A DNA stretch of 64,000 nt from Glaucostegus cemiculus (lineage: Eukaryota): the NCBI GenBank assembly GCA_976551045.1, contig CDPCPM010000073.1, forward strand, positions 28,086,001 through 28,150,000. Reading direction: 5' to 3'. Each line of letters starts with the position of its first letter. Positions within the stretch are counted from its first letter, which is position 1. This document shows positions 10,137-22,764 of this stretch, one piece after another. The position numbers were made by a program, and so were the translations under genes. Below the pieces are notes generated by a model. The model did not search any database. It was given only the letters and a program-made list of their open reading frames with translations, and was not told where the DNA came from.

Positions 10137-10227
10137 CCCTAAAAGGCGTTCGGTTCGATTTGTTTGCAGCTCGCCACTATTACGTTTCTCAGCAATCACT
10201 AGTTTGTGGAAACATAACCATACATGG
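10137..10227. promoter_or_regulatory. Intron-1 CArG-like pair (CCCTAAAAGG, CCATACATGG)
   Basis: Two one-mismatch CArG boxes at 10137-10146 and 10218-10227. The second reads CCATGTATGG on the minus strand, 9/10 identical to the recalled rodent intronic CArG CCTTGTATGG. Confidence 0.45.
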
Positions 10228-11144
10228 TAACGAATGGCGTGGAGGTATGGTTTATAATCCATATCATACAGATCACGGGATTTAAATATTTAAAGTTCCG
10301 CTTTTGCACCAAGTAAGTCTGCGATAGCCAAGGTAACACATCGGAAGCCAATGCACATTTAATCGGTAACGCTCCTAAAAGGTGCTGTTTGGACTAAGCT
10401 TTCGCGGCATTCGGTGGTTTCTTAACTCACTCTTTTCTTTGCCCCAAACAATTCTTGAAACTATGTTCCTAATTTGCAAGGGCCAGCGTCAATAAAGCAG
10501 AATATCTTCAAAACGGGGATTACTGTCAGAACAATGTTGCAGGACAATTCACAACTCTGAGATTTCAAGCACTCGAGTGCACGAAGACTTTGGTAGCATT
10601 CCATCCCCTTTGCATGCTGTTGAGATAATTGGATCGAATTCAGCAGATTCCAATAGACAGGTTCTTGCACTGTTCATACCTCACAAATACGATGTAGTTC
10701 GGTGGCAGAATTGTCCACACGCACCTTTCTGTAATGCAACATTTGGTTATTTACCTATAACTTTTGGTTTTTGAGTACCGCAATTACACTGCTACTTTTG
10801 GTCTGTATATTACATAACTCGTGTACAAAGACCAACCTGATGCTTACATGCCGTGAAACGCCCTCCAGGAGGCAGTCCCACATTAATTTGGCTGTATAAC
10901 TCCAGCCCAGGACCAAGCATTTCAAAACTGACCATATGTGAGCTTTTAAACTTCACACAGCATCTTAGAAGGCAAATTGTTTGCTTCCATTTATCCACTG
11001 AACATACACAAAGTGCCACTGAAAGCAAGATTCTACACTGCCCTGTACAGTGAGTTGGAGCGCAATACCTGTACAGTGACTGATCTTATACCACCGACCT
11101 TGCAATGGTGTGTTTAGTTATATGACTAGTCAGCTGGGCACCAA

Positions 11145-11435
11145 GAACATAAAACAGTAAAGCACAGGAACAGGCCCTTTTGTCTGTGTCAAACATGATG
11201 CCAAATTAAACTAAATCTCTTCTGCTTGCATATGATCCATATCCCTCCATTCCCTGCATATGCATATGTATATCTAACAGCTTCTTAAATACCACTATGG
11301 TATCTGCTTCCATCACTACCCCTGGCGGCCCATTCCAGGCACCTACCACTCTCTGTGTAAAAAACTTGCCCCATACACCTTCCTTAAACTTTCCCCCTCT
11401 CACCTTAAATGCATGTCTTCTAGTACTTGACACCT
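11145..11435 (-). mobile_element. CR1 3' fragment
   Basis: Minus-strand ORF TRRHAFKVRGGKFK...FFTQRVVGAWN.PPGVVMEADT..FKKLLD, plus CR1 tail. Confidence 0.85.
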
Positions 11436-11594
11436 CATTTCACAAGCACCAGCCTAAGGCCAGCAGCCACAGTATAACTGCTCCTTAAACACCAATCAAG
11501 CTGTGCATTCTTATTCCATTTGGAAATATTCCCTCAGAAGAAGACACTTAAGAAAATATAAACACAGAAGCGTCAATTAATCTCTGTTGTCATT

Positions 11595-12500
11595 TATTCA
11601 TTCATTGGATGCAAGCACCACTGGCATTGGTTGCCCATTCCTAAATATCTTTAATAAATGATTGGCAAGCTCACAAAGTCAAGACTATGTGCGAGTATGA
11701 GAGAAAATTGGATGTGGCACACATTTGTTGTCCTAGGTAGAAATCCCATGTTGCGGAGATTTTGTCAAAAAAGGTTTTGGAGATTTATTGCAGTTCACTT
11801 TGTTGAAAGTGCACATTGCAGGCTAGGTTGAGGTGGTGGAGGATGTAATGAACAGATAAAGTGATGGATGAGATGCCAAATGTATATTTGTCTTGCTTGA
11901 TGATGGGTTTCTTGAGTGTTGTTGGAACTGAGAGTCTTCTGTCACAATCCTGATTTCAACCATTTGCTTTTGTGAATCTGGAAATGAGTCACAAGCCACA
12001 GATTATCCTGCCTAGAAACTGCTTTAATAGGCAGATAATTTATGTAGCTGGTCAAGTTAAATTTCAGATCAATGCTAATCCCTGAAGTCTAAGAATAAAA
12101 AGATTACACACACTGAAAATCTGAAATAAAACCAGAAAATGCTTGAGATACTTAGCAGGTCAGGCAGCATCTGCAGAGGGAGAGACAGAGTTAACACTTC
12201 AGTTAATGACTTTTCATCAGAACTTCTTTCTCCACTGATGCTGCCTGACCCCTGAAATATTGTTGGTAGGGAATTGGCAATGGTTGAATTACAGGACTCC
12301 GTCTTGTTGGAATTGGGCATTGTCTGAAATTTGAGAGGTACAAATAAAATTTGCTGTTTGGTACCCCCATCTTAAGTTTTGTTCAGGTCTTGTTGTGTAC
12401 AGGCACAGATTGCTTCATTATCTGAGGAGCTGTGAGTAAAACTAAACAAGAAATAGCAAATATTCCCACTTCTAATTTTACACAAAAAGAAAAGTCAATG
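11595..12500 (-). mobile_element. Ancient degenerate CR1/L2-type LINE remnants (with a Penelope-derived insert at ~12110-12260)
   Basis: The end motif TGCCCAT.CCTAA.T..CC.TGA is shared with 13265-13420, with 21100-21190 (opposite strand) and with 52190-52300. Confidence 0.45.
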
Positions 12501-14273
12501 AACCTGAGCAATAGCTGTAATGATGACAGCTGATTAACCTCAATAATCAGCAGGAAGTACGCAAAACAGATTCACTGAATTTATACCAAGGGTTAAAGGC
12601 TGAAGTAATGAGGAAAGACTGGAAGATGTAAGGCTCTTTCAATAAGCAGGGATGATTGAAAGCCCAGATTATATATTCTCTGTCTGAGGTGTATTTACTT
12701 CTTTATTACAATACAGATTATAAGCATAAATGTGTGACAAATATGCAACTGTGGTTAAATTATCACATGCTGGATCTGTACTGCACTAAATATATGCTGC
12801 CAAGCAAGAGTTAAATTAACAAAGATCAACAATTCCTGCAAAGTAATGGGATCACTTAAGTCTAAACTCTGTTGGAAACACAGCATTTTCCGTTTAAGTA
12901 AGCATTAATACTCTGTATGCAGTTTCTTGTTGCCTGTGGTGGCCCCATCATGGATTAGTTTATCAAAATACTGAAGTGAAGTTCAACAGGTCAGGTCACA
13001 GCAAAGAGCTGGAATCTTAGTGAGACAATCAAGCAATAGTATTTGTGGCAAAATGCCTTCAGCATAACATTAGGGAGAGGCTACATAGATATTTATATCT
13101 ATGAGAGAGACATTTAAAGTTCTGTAAAATACATCTATATTCATAATAGGGCAAACACTATCCATTTTGTCCAACCATATACAATGAAATATAATGGCTT
13201 CAGTTTCAGTTATGCATCAATTCTGGAAACTTAGTTCACAGAATCAATTTTACATTTTGATCAGTTGTTATGTGAGTGTCCCTGCCAAGGTCAGCATTTA
13301 ATGCCCATCTTAAATTGTCTCTGAGGAATTGGTGGTAAGCTGCCTTCTTGGGCCAATTGATTCATCTGATGAAGGTGTTCCCACATGCTTTTAGGTATGG
13401 AGTTCCAGGCGTTATACCAAGCACCAAACATGGTGTTTATTTACAGAAACTGTACATTCTGTTAAAATGTGATTTGATTCTGAAAGCATACTAATTCATC
13501 AAATGGCATTGGCTGTTTGATTTTTGAGCATTCTGATGTTTATCTCCAGACACCCCACCACAAAACCAAGGCTACCAACTGTTAAGAATCACACATTTGA
13601 ACTTACACAGCCAATTAGTAAAGATAATACATCCCATTTCGATTTTCTCAACTTCTGAGCACTTTATTTTTGCACCTGATTATCAAGATCTTACTTCTCT
13701 CAAAATTACCCAATGGCATATTGGTACATAAAAATAAAATCATCAGTTTTTATGAATTTTTTCTTATCCTTGTTATTTTAGAAGCATTGTTACCAGTTTA
13801 AGTAGGCCGGACAGAGGAAGGAAGTATTACCAGTTCATGCCATCATTTTACGATCATTGTTCTAACTATACACATAGCATTAGTGTGGTCACCATACTCT
13901 GACAACACAACAGGCATTGTTTTAAAATAAGACAAGTATAACCCAAATATATAAATTATTCAAAATACTGGGTAGATAAAATGAATTATGATGCTACATC
14001 GTTACAGAGATTGATCTAAGAACAGTTTGAGACTGGTGCCTGTTTAGGCAAGTTCAGTCCAGAATTATGCTGCTTGCTTCACTGAAAAAAATCAAATGAA
14101 AAATCATACTGGTTATGAAGTTGGTCAGTAAGTTGTTTTGCTAGATTACGGGCAAGGTGGTGAAGATAAAATTGAATTAAAATATTCTTGTATTAGTTTA
14201 TGGTTAAGTTTTAAATCATTGAATAATATGAAAATAACTTCTTAAAATTCTTTTGCCAGGTCATTAGGACATA

Positions 14274-14621
14274 ATGGCACAGAAGTCTGGCAGCCAGGCT
14301 GGAGAAGCTGACTCCTTTCTCTTTGTGGACAAATCCTTCAACAATCCACTAGCTCAAGCTGACTGGGCCGCGAAGAAATTGGTCTGGGTGCCTTCGGACC
14401 GCAATGGCTTTGAAGCTGCAAGCATTAAGGAGGAAAAGGGGGAGGAGGTTGTTGTCGAATTGATGGAAAATGGAAAGAAAGTTACAATTAACAAAGATGA
14501 TATCCAGAAGATGAATCCCCCCAAGTTCTCCAAAGTAGAGGACATGGCCGAACTGACTTGCCTGAATGAAGCTTCTGTGCTGCATAATCTGAGGGAGCGC
14601 TACTTCTCAGGACTTATCTAT
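14274..14621 (+). CDS. myh11: Smooth muscle myosin heavy chain, first coding exon (exon 2 spans 14260-14621; N-terminal SH3-like region)
   Basis: Acceptor TTTTGCCAG| (14259), ATG at 14274, donor TAT|GTGAGT (14622), 116 codons, phase 0. MAQK...[17 protein letters not shown]...[49 protein letters not shown] is MYH11-type (MYH9 has LKERYY, MYH10 has LKDRYY). Confidence 0.96.
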
Positions 14622-15044
14622 GTGAGTAAGCCATTCACTTACACTGAGTGCTTCATAATATTGTGGAATTCGCAATCAAACATTAGATAGTGCACACCAG
14701 AACTCAAAAGGGAGTAAAAATAGATTAAGTTCCAAAATCTAAAATTGTAGCAGGTTTACTGTGGACAAGAAATCCAAATCAAATGAAATCCTAGTCTAAA
14801 TTCTAACAAAAAGGTTAATATTCCTTCTGTGTTTGGCATTCCAACAATCACTGTACTGAAGTTAATACCCATTCTGGTAATTTAATATAATTTCATTAAG
14901 CTCTTCATTAGGGTATGCAAGTCAGGCTCCTGCAAAATAAACCCCAACTCATCTGCTAGGCAGCAGTGAGCCTGTCATTGATACCAGGTGTAAGGGAACC
15001 GAGCCATTCACAAAAGAATAGATGCCTTCCTCAGGCCACAGCAA

Positions 15045-15848
15045 TGATAGAATCATATAGCACAGAAATGGTCCCTTCAGTCCAACTCATCCATTACTGT
15101 GATGCCTATCTACACTAATCCCATCTGCCTGTACTAGGCCCGTATCCTTTCCTAGCCAACTACCGATCCAAATGCTTTTCAAATGTTGCATTGGTATCTG
15201 CCTATACCACCTCTTCTGGCAGCTCATTCCACATAACCACCACCTTCAAGTCAGTAAACAAACCCCCACTACTACACTCTGCCTCTTATTACCAAGCCAA
15301 TTTTTGATTCAGTTTCCCAATACACTTCAGACCCATGAGTTTTAACCTCTGGACCAGCCTACCATGCCGGACCATATCAAAACCTTGCCAAAGTCCATGT
15401 AAACCATGTTTCCTACCCTGCCTTCAATTTTCTTAGTTACCTCAAAAAACTCAGTCAGATTTCCCCTGCATGAAACTATGCTGACTCCTACTAATCAGCC
15501 CTTGCCTTTGCAAGTGAACATAAATCCTGTCCCTTGGAATATTTCTCCAGTAATTTCCCTGCTATTGATGCAAGGGTCACTGGCCTGTAATTTCCTGGCT
15601 TATTCCTACTGCTGTTTTTGAATAAGGGAACAACTTTTGCTATCCCTCAATCTTCTTGTGTGTCACCCAAGGCTAACGGAGGTGCAAAATCCTCCATCAG
15701 AGCCCCAGCAATCTCATCCTTTGCTTTCCTTAGCATCCTAGAATAGATCCCAACAGGCCCTAGGGATTTATCCACCTTAAAGTGTCCCAATACCTTTAAC
15801 ACTTCCTCCTTCCGGATACAAACATGTTCCAGAAGTATTCTCATCTTT
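15045..15848 (-). mobile_element. Internally deleted CR1 fragment
   Basis: CR1 tail at ~15050. The minus-strand ORF2 piece EEVLKVLGHFKVDKSLGPVGIYSRMLRKAKDEIAGAL is homologous to the 27378-29075 ORF. Confidence 0.8.
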
Positions 15849-16045
15849 NNNNNNNNNNNNNNNNNNNNNNNNNNNNNNNNNNNNNNNNNNNNNNNNNNNN
15901 NNNNNNNNNNNNNNNNNNNNNNNNNNNNNNNNNNNNNNNNNNNNNNNNNNNNNNNNNNNNNNNNNNNNNNNNNNNNNNNNNNNNNNNNNNNNNNNNNNNN
16001 NNNNNNNNNNNNNNNNNNNNNNNNNNNNNNNNNNNNNNNNNNNNN
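15849..16045. other. Assembly gap (197 N)
   Basis: Run of N. Confidence 1.
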
Positions 16046-16289
16046 TTATAGCTTGCTTTTTCATGTCTGGATTTTCCATTGTCCGGAGTCCTGATGGGCA
16101 AACAGCTTGTAAGAACTAAGTTCAGTACTCCTGATTGCCTAGTTCTATGCAATCAGACATGTAAATTACAGTGACTCCTTCTCACTAAGAGTATATGCCC
16201 CAACTAAGCTGAAATTTAAAACAGCAATAGTGGCCTATATGCAGTACAATATTTCAGCAGAGGCTATCAATCATTGTATTATCAGGGAG

Positions 16290-16805
16290 TAATTAAATAA
16301 GACTTTTATGAGACCACACCTGGAGTACTCAGTATAATTTTTCCTCTTTATCTAAAGAATGATGTACTTACCTTTGAAGGTGTGCACTAAAGGTTCATGA
16401 GATTGATTCCAGGAATGAAAGAGCTCTTTAGTGAGGAAAGATGACTAGAACCTGTCTATATTAGAAGGATGAGAAATGAACTGATTGAAATGTACAACAT
16501 TTTTAGGGGGCTTGACAGAGTACTTAATGGGAAACTCGTTCTCCAGCTAACGTCTAGAACTGGGACGCCCAGTCTCAAGGCAATGGTCTACCAATTAGGA
16601 CAGAGATGAGAGGAGATTTCTTCAATCTACAGTTGTTAATCTTCTGAATTCTTTACCCTAGAGGGCTATGTGTGCTCAGTTCATAAGAATATCAGATTTT
16701 TGGCACAAATGAAATGGAGTTAGGGCAAGAAAGTACTGATGTAGAAGGTCTAACTAATAGGTGGAGAACACTTAAAGTGGGTATATGGCAGTACTTCTCC
16801 AGCTT
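16290..16805 (+). mobile_element. Degenerate CR1 3' fragment
   Basis: AGACCACACCTGGAGTAC (RPHLEY), AGGTTCA..AGATTGATTCC.GG, GAGATGAG..GAGATTTCTT. Confidence 0.75.
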
Positions 16806-17964
16806 TTTATTCACCGTTTACTCAACCTATGCTGTCTTGACTTCCTAACTTCAACCTGTAGCAATGTTTAGGGTCCTCTTTCCCCATAGCTTATGTAAAA
16901 CTCCCCCTCTAGTCACCCCTTTTCATGACCAGAGAAACCAGGTTTCTCCAATCTGCACATTGTTTGTAATCAAGTCATCAACCCTAGGGCTGTTATACAG
17001 AACATCCACAAGGCTTCATGGTTTCCTTCATGTCTGAGCGGAGACTACAGTGTTTTAATAAACTTCCTCTGATGTCTACAGTGTAGTTCAGTATCCTGTT
17101 TACTTTGCTAATTGTTGCTTTGCAGAACTTTGTCATGCTAAATGCTAAGATAATAACATTAATCTCTTTCAAACTCATTTGAAGATGCCTTTACTCCAGA
17201 GAGAATGTAGTCCAGAAAACCAACAGACAAGCAATCTCAGCAAATATCCACTGGTGATCTCTGCCAGATGTTATGGTCCTGAGGGGTTAATTGTCAGATT
17301 TGAAGGCCTTTGAGGGCATGAAGTAAAGCAAAAAATGATTTGTATTTGGCCTTACCTTGATATTCTTTTAATCAAACCAGCTTTTGTGAAAATTCGAGAA
17401 ATGCTGCAACCCACATACAATACAATACAATACAATAACCAGTACAATACACACATTACAATAACCAGTCCATTGAACAACAGATTCGCCTTTCATGCCA
17501 TTTCTCCAGCATTTCTGTGCATTCTCCACTGAGGTTATAGGAATGAGTTAAAGAGTCCCAGTAGAAAACCATTCTTCAGGTATCAGAGGCCATTAAGCCC
17601 TGTTGCTATCTCTCCTGCTGTAGTTTTATGAAAACTTTTGGCTATGTCATTTACTTCATTAATGAATCAAATTAAATCTGACTTTGCTATGATCTTCCAA
17701 CACCCTTTGAAAGAAAAGATGCATTTTATAATGAGCAGTCTACTAACATTATCTATTTAGAACTCGCTAAAACATAAGTGGCAAACGGCTTCGAAGGCAG
17801 TGCATTGGTCAAGAAAAATAGCACAGAATTAACTCAGAACAGTATTCAAACTATTGTTTCAGTTGCAACCTGAAATCTCAGATGATACGCTGAGATTTCC
17901 ATTAGCTTTGGAATCAGTTTGCATCAATTTTTCTTGAGTATAGTTTAATTAGGAGTTTCCAGGA

Positions 17965-20900
17965 AAGTAACACTTCCAAATACAATGACTCAGCATATCA
18001 CTTAGATAATATTGCCCCACTATGTTCAAACAGGAGAAGGATAAACCCAAACTGATCAACCAGCATCAACCTAGGCATCAAAACTGGACACGTTCATCTG
18101 CTCATGACAGCACTGGTAGAAGTGACCACACACAGTCCTTGTACATGGCAGAGACCCACCTTCACCCTGACGGATACCTTCCACCATACGGTTTGGCACT
18201 AGATTTGCTAAGTGGGATAGACTCAGAACAGATCTGGCAGCTCATACTAGACACCTATAAGGCAGCAACAGAAAGGTACACCACATCCTTAGGATAGGAG
18301 TGGCCCTCCCTTTCTTACCCTCAATAACTATGGAGGAGTCCACATAAAGCTCAACAACTAAATCAATAAAATCCCTACAAATATTAAGAAGGCTCAAGGT
18401 TCCACCAATAATCTTATGTCCTGCTGTGTCAAGTGCCTTATCAGGATTGATAATAACAAGCTCACAATCTTTATATTTATTTTAGCACCACATAATAAAC
18501 TATTTAAAACCATAACGTTTTGATTACATCCCGGGGTTGTGGTAATAAACCCTTTGCCAGTCATTAATTATGATAGCATCTACTAAACATTTAGGGAGCA
18601 AGGGAGGGCGATATTCTGGCATATCCCTCCCTCTACCATGACTATCAAGCTGGTGATTGACCCTGTTTCAATGAGGAGTACTGAAGGGAATGCCAAGTGC
18701 AGCAATAAGCATACCTAAAAATAAGGTTCCAGCCTGGTGACACTGCACCACAGGTCTGTATGTGTTTTAAACACTAAAAGTAACATGCAATAGATACAGC
18801 TGAGCAACACTGATTGCGTGAAACTCTGCAGTACCATCACATCTAGTGGTGAACAATTAAACAGTTAACAGGAGGTGGAGACAAGAACATTCCCATCCTC
18901 AATGATGGTGGGGCCCAGCATGTGAATGCTAAAGTCAAGGCTGAATTATCCACAACTATGTTCAGTCAAATGTATTGAGTGGAAAGTTCATCTTGGTTTC
19001 CTCCTGAGATCACAATGTGATATCAAGAAGTGGCTGAGAGCATTAGTGTGGTAGTTAAATGATTAAAACAGACATCGCAGAATAGCAGAATGGACTGTGT
19101 ACATCCTTAACAGGTATTTGGAAGTTGCCACATATAAGGACAGTTAATGGTTTGTGAAGCTCTCTGAGAATGTTAAGAAAATATAACCAAAGTGATTGGT
19201 AATGACTTAATTGAAACAACAAATCTCAGGATGAACCAAACTGTCAAAACACAAGGTTCAGTACCCCAGTGTAACATCTCTCAGCCTCTCCAAGCAACAA
19301 CCGTGAAATGGGAAGTTAGCTTGTTTTACTGAGGTGTCAGGGGCCTAATGAACTGAAACTACAAGACAGTGGTCATCTAGTTGTAGTGAGATAGAAATCA
19401 ATGGGTCTGCACTAAGACATCTCCAGTGGTATCTAGGACCTCAACAACAGGCAGAAGAGTTAGTTATTACCAACGGTAATAGAAAACTGGAGACCTAAGT
19501 TGAGACAGAGAAATACTTATCTGAGGAGTTTTGGTCATCAGACTCATGTGGAGAGTGAAATCTTTGTATGAACCATCAGGAGGAATCAATTCCCCGATTC
19601 TCTGCACCTGATTAGATTAGTACCACTAACTAGGATGCTGCACAGTTGGTGAAATGGTCAATGGGGGTTGATACTATGGCAACCAGCTGTAATAGGGTGA
19701 AGATGGCTGAAATGCATTGGACCTGGAATGAACTAACAATATGGAACCATTTCATTGGAGAGGAATGGAAGGAATAAGAGCAAGTCAGATCATAGAAACA
19801 GAAATTAACATCTTCCCAAATCCTGAAACAGTAGGAGAACCTGGGATTGCAGGAAGACCCAAGGACTAACACTCGCAAGGGGATCCCCTGAGTCTGGGAC
19901 TCAGAGAACAAAAGGAAGCCATAAGTCTGACTGAGATTGATCACCTCATGCCTTAACAGGTTGTATACAATGCAAGATGTGAGTGCTTGTACATTGTCTT
20001 TGCAATTGCTAAGAAAACTTTCACCAGTTGTGAGTGGCGAGTCTCCAAGAGAAGTGTGAATTCAGCATAACAACTGAATGTGGAAAAGACTGTAGGAAAA
20101 GATCACATCCTGACTGTAGTACTGAACAGTTGCACACCACAACTAGCCACGCCTCTAGCTAAGTTGTTGCAGTATGGTTACAACACCGGCATCTACATGA
20201 CAATCTGGAAAATACCCAAATATAACCTATTCACAAAAAGCAGGACAAATCCAACCCAGCTAATCACCACCCATTCAATCCACTCTCAGTCATCAACATA
20301 GCGATGGAAGGTGTTGCCATATGGCACTTACTCACCAATAACATCGTCACCAGTACACACTTTGGGATTTTTGAGAAACACTTGGTTCCAAATCTCATCA
20401 CAGGGGCTGAATCCCAGAGGCAAAGTGAGAATGACTACACTTGACTACACTTGAGGTAGCAGTTCACTGAGTCCATTATCAAGGAGCCCTGATGAAACTG
20501 AAGTCAGTGGGCCAGGGAAAATGTTACAATGGTTGGAATTATACCTTGCACAATGGAAGATGGCTATGATTGTTGGGTCAATCATGCCAAGCCTAGGATA
20601 TGGTTGCAGGAGATCCCCAGGGCAGAATCATACAATCAACCATCTTTAAGTGAGGTCAAAGGCTGTGTATCCTGCAGTGAGTGGCTCACCTCCTGTCATC
20701 CCAAAGCCTTCCTACCATCTACAAGGCACATCATGAGCAAGATGGAATTCACTTCCCTTGCTGTGAGGAAATTCAACACTCAAGAAAGTGAACACCATCC
20801 TGAACAAAGGAGAACACTGACTGACATCCCATCTACTACCCTAAAATTCATTCCATCCACAGTGGTGCACATGGCTGCAGTGTGGTTCATCTACAAAATG

Positions 20901-21190
20901 CAGTGCAGTTACATACCTAGGCCAGTCCAGCAACAACTCCAAAACCTGTGACCTCAAGGATGAGGGCAGCAGGCGCATGGAAGTACCATCACTTGCAGGT
21001 TCAAGGTTCAGCGGCACACTATCCTGACCTGGAATTATATTGCCATTCCTCCATTGTCACTGACTCCAAATGGGAGTACCTTCCCTAGAAGGACTGCAGC
21101 ACATCAAGCAGCTGGCTGACAGACACTTTCTGGAAGGTGATTAGAAATGGACAATAAATATTGATTTCGCCAGCAGTGCCCACATCCTGA
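17965..21190 (+). mobile_element. Old degenerate CR1/L2-type LINE (endonuclease to 3' end), split by an insertion at ~19047-20072
   Basis: Remnants read ..HDSTGRSDH, IPILNDGGAQHVNAK.KAE, DIKKWLRAL|..D.IL.VVLNSCTPQLATPLAKLLQYGYNTGIY.TIWK. The 3' end AATAAAT...CGCC..CCCACATCC is at ~21155-21190. Confidence 0.7.
19047..20072. mobile_element. Candidate solo LTR inserted in the old LINE
   Basis: A ~1.03-kb block starting TGT and ending ACA interrupts the LINE frame exactly between ...GAGAGCATTAG and ACTGAATG... The possible TSD (ATTAG/ACTGA) is degenerate. Confidence 0.4.
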
Positions 21191-21254
21191 AAAATTAATT
21201 AAAAGTACTGAAGATAATCCCAAAAAAGTAATGTCATCCCCATTTACAAAACAG

Positions 21255-21710
21255 TAAACGGTTGTTGGAACATTGTATCTGATTCTGCATACCATGCCGT
21301 GGAAAGGATATGAAGGCAGTTGGAAAGGGTGCAGAGCAGATTCACCAGAATGATAAAAGATGAGTTACACAGAGAAACTGAAGAAACTCTGATTATCCTT
21401 CTTAGCACAGGAAAAGTTAACAGGAGATTTAACAGGCATGTTCAAAATTATGGCTTTTGGCAAATAGGGTGGAAACTTTTTCAGTTGTGAGGGCAACCAG
21501 AGGTCACAGATTTAAATCAACTGGCAAGAGACCCAGAGAGGAGAAAGACAGAAATTTCTTTACAGCCACATTGTTAAGGCCTGAAGATTATTACCTGAAA
21601 TGGAGATGGAAGCTAATTAACTAATAACTTTCAAATAAAGCTTAAAGTGCTATGTGTAAAAATTAAATTAATTGGACAGCACTTTCAAAAAGCAGACAGA
21701 ATTGGCCAAA
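21255..21710 (+). mobile_element. Degenerate CR1 3' fragment
   Basis: GGAAGGATATG..GGC..TTGGA.AGGGTGCAGAG.AGATTCACCAGAATG and ACCAGAGGTCACAGATTTAA. Confidence 0.7.
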
Positions 21711-22764
21711 TCTTTCCAATATTTAAGACACTAACTTGCCCCTATTTTATAACAGTGACCTTCACTTCATTGACTGTAAAGTATTGAAAACTGCCTTATA
21801 AATAAGTCCTGTCTACCCTTTATATCACATTACTTGTTTACATCTGGCAGTTCCACAGTAATGGTATTTGCAGTCTTTACAATCATGCACAGAGAGCAAA
21901 ACAGCTGATTATTGTAATCATTTTTATGACCGAGTAGTCTACATAAAAGATTAAAGTATTGTGCAATTATACACAATGCATTACACAAAGAAACAAATTT
22001 GCTTTAAAATATAATTATTTATGATTATCAGTGGCTTTTGAAGGCTTGCCTACTCATAAAATGAAAATATGTAGGTTGATCACAGGGATAGGTACTGATC
22101 CATGTGTAGTACGCTGCATGGAGACTATTATTACAACTTATTAGTGCACTTAAAGTTTACTCGTTGATGCCAAACTCTCCCCCAGTGCAAACTCAAGTCA
22201 GTGTTATCATTGGGAAATTTCCAAAAGGATATGGAGCCTGTTATAGAAAAGTTCAGGGAATTAGGGAGTAGGAATTCTTCCTGTTATGTGAGGTAATTTT
22301 CAGGACTCTTTCATTATAGTATTAACTTTGGGCATGAAATAAGAATGAAACAAATGAAATGTGTAAAACTCAATTAAATTGCATAAATAAAAATGAGCTG
22401 GTGCTTTGAATAAAATTCAAATTCAAATTTAAATTAAAAGAAAAAAACAAAAATAACATATTTGAGGTCATATTCAGATTTTGTATTGTTTTAAAGAAAC
22501 TTAAATTAAGTATCATGAAAATGTAGAGGAAAGCTTAATTTCTGGTTGCTAGCACTAAACATGGCCGAGAATAATGGTCATTGGTTATACTCACCTCCTG
22601 ACATTTAGTTACATTGAATTAGAACTGATATTTGATGTGCTCACACCCATTTAATGCCAGCAACTAAGAATGAATTTCTCTCCCTGAAAGAGTTTCAGTA
22701 GAAACACCACGGACTCATGTATATACAGAATCTCCTAATTTATTACCCAAACATATCATTTACG

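Larger units (their letters stand above)
6250..10900. promoter_or_regulatory. CpG-rich (probably unmethylated) domain over the myh11 promoter and start of intron 1
   Basis: CG dinucleotides are visibly frequent here at only moderate GC content, while they are scarce in the non-repeat flanks. Boundaries were estimated by eye. Confidence 0.7.

Noticed and set aside
14622-14690. ORF-track extensions of the myosin ORFs past the donors (also 32064-32218 and 60931-61056)
   Set aside because: Myosin similarity stops exactly at strong GT donors; the extensions are intronic read-through.
15777-16152. ORFs containing long X runs
   Set aside because: Artefacts of the 197-N assembly gap.
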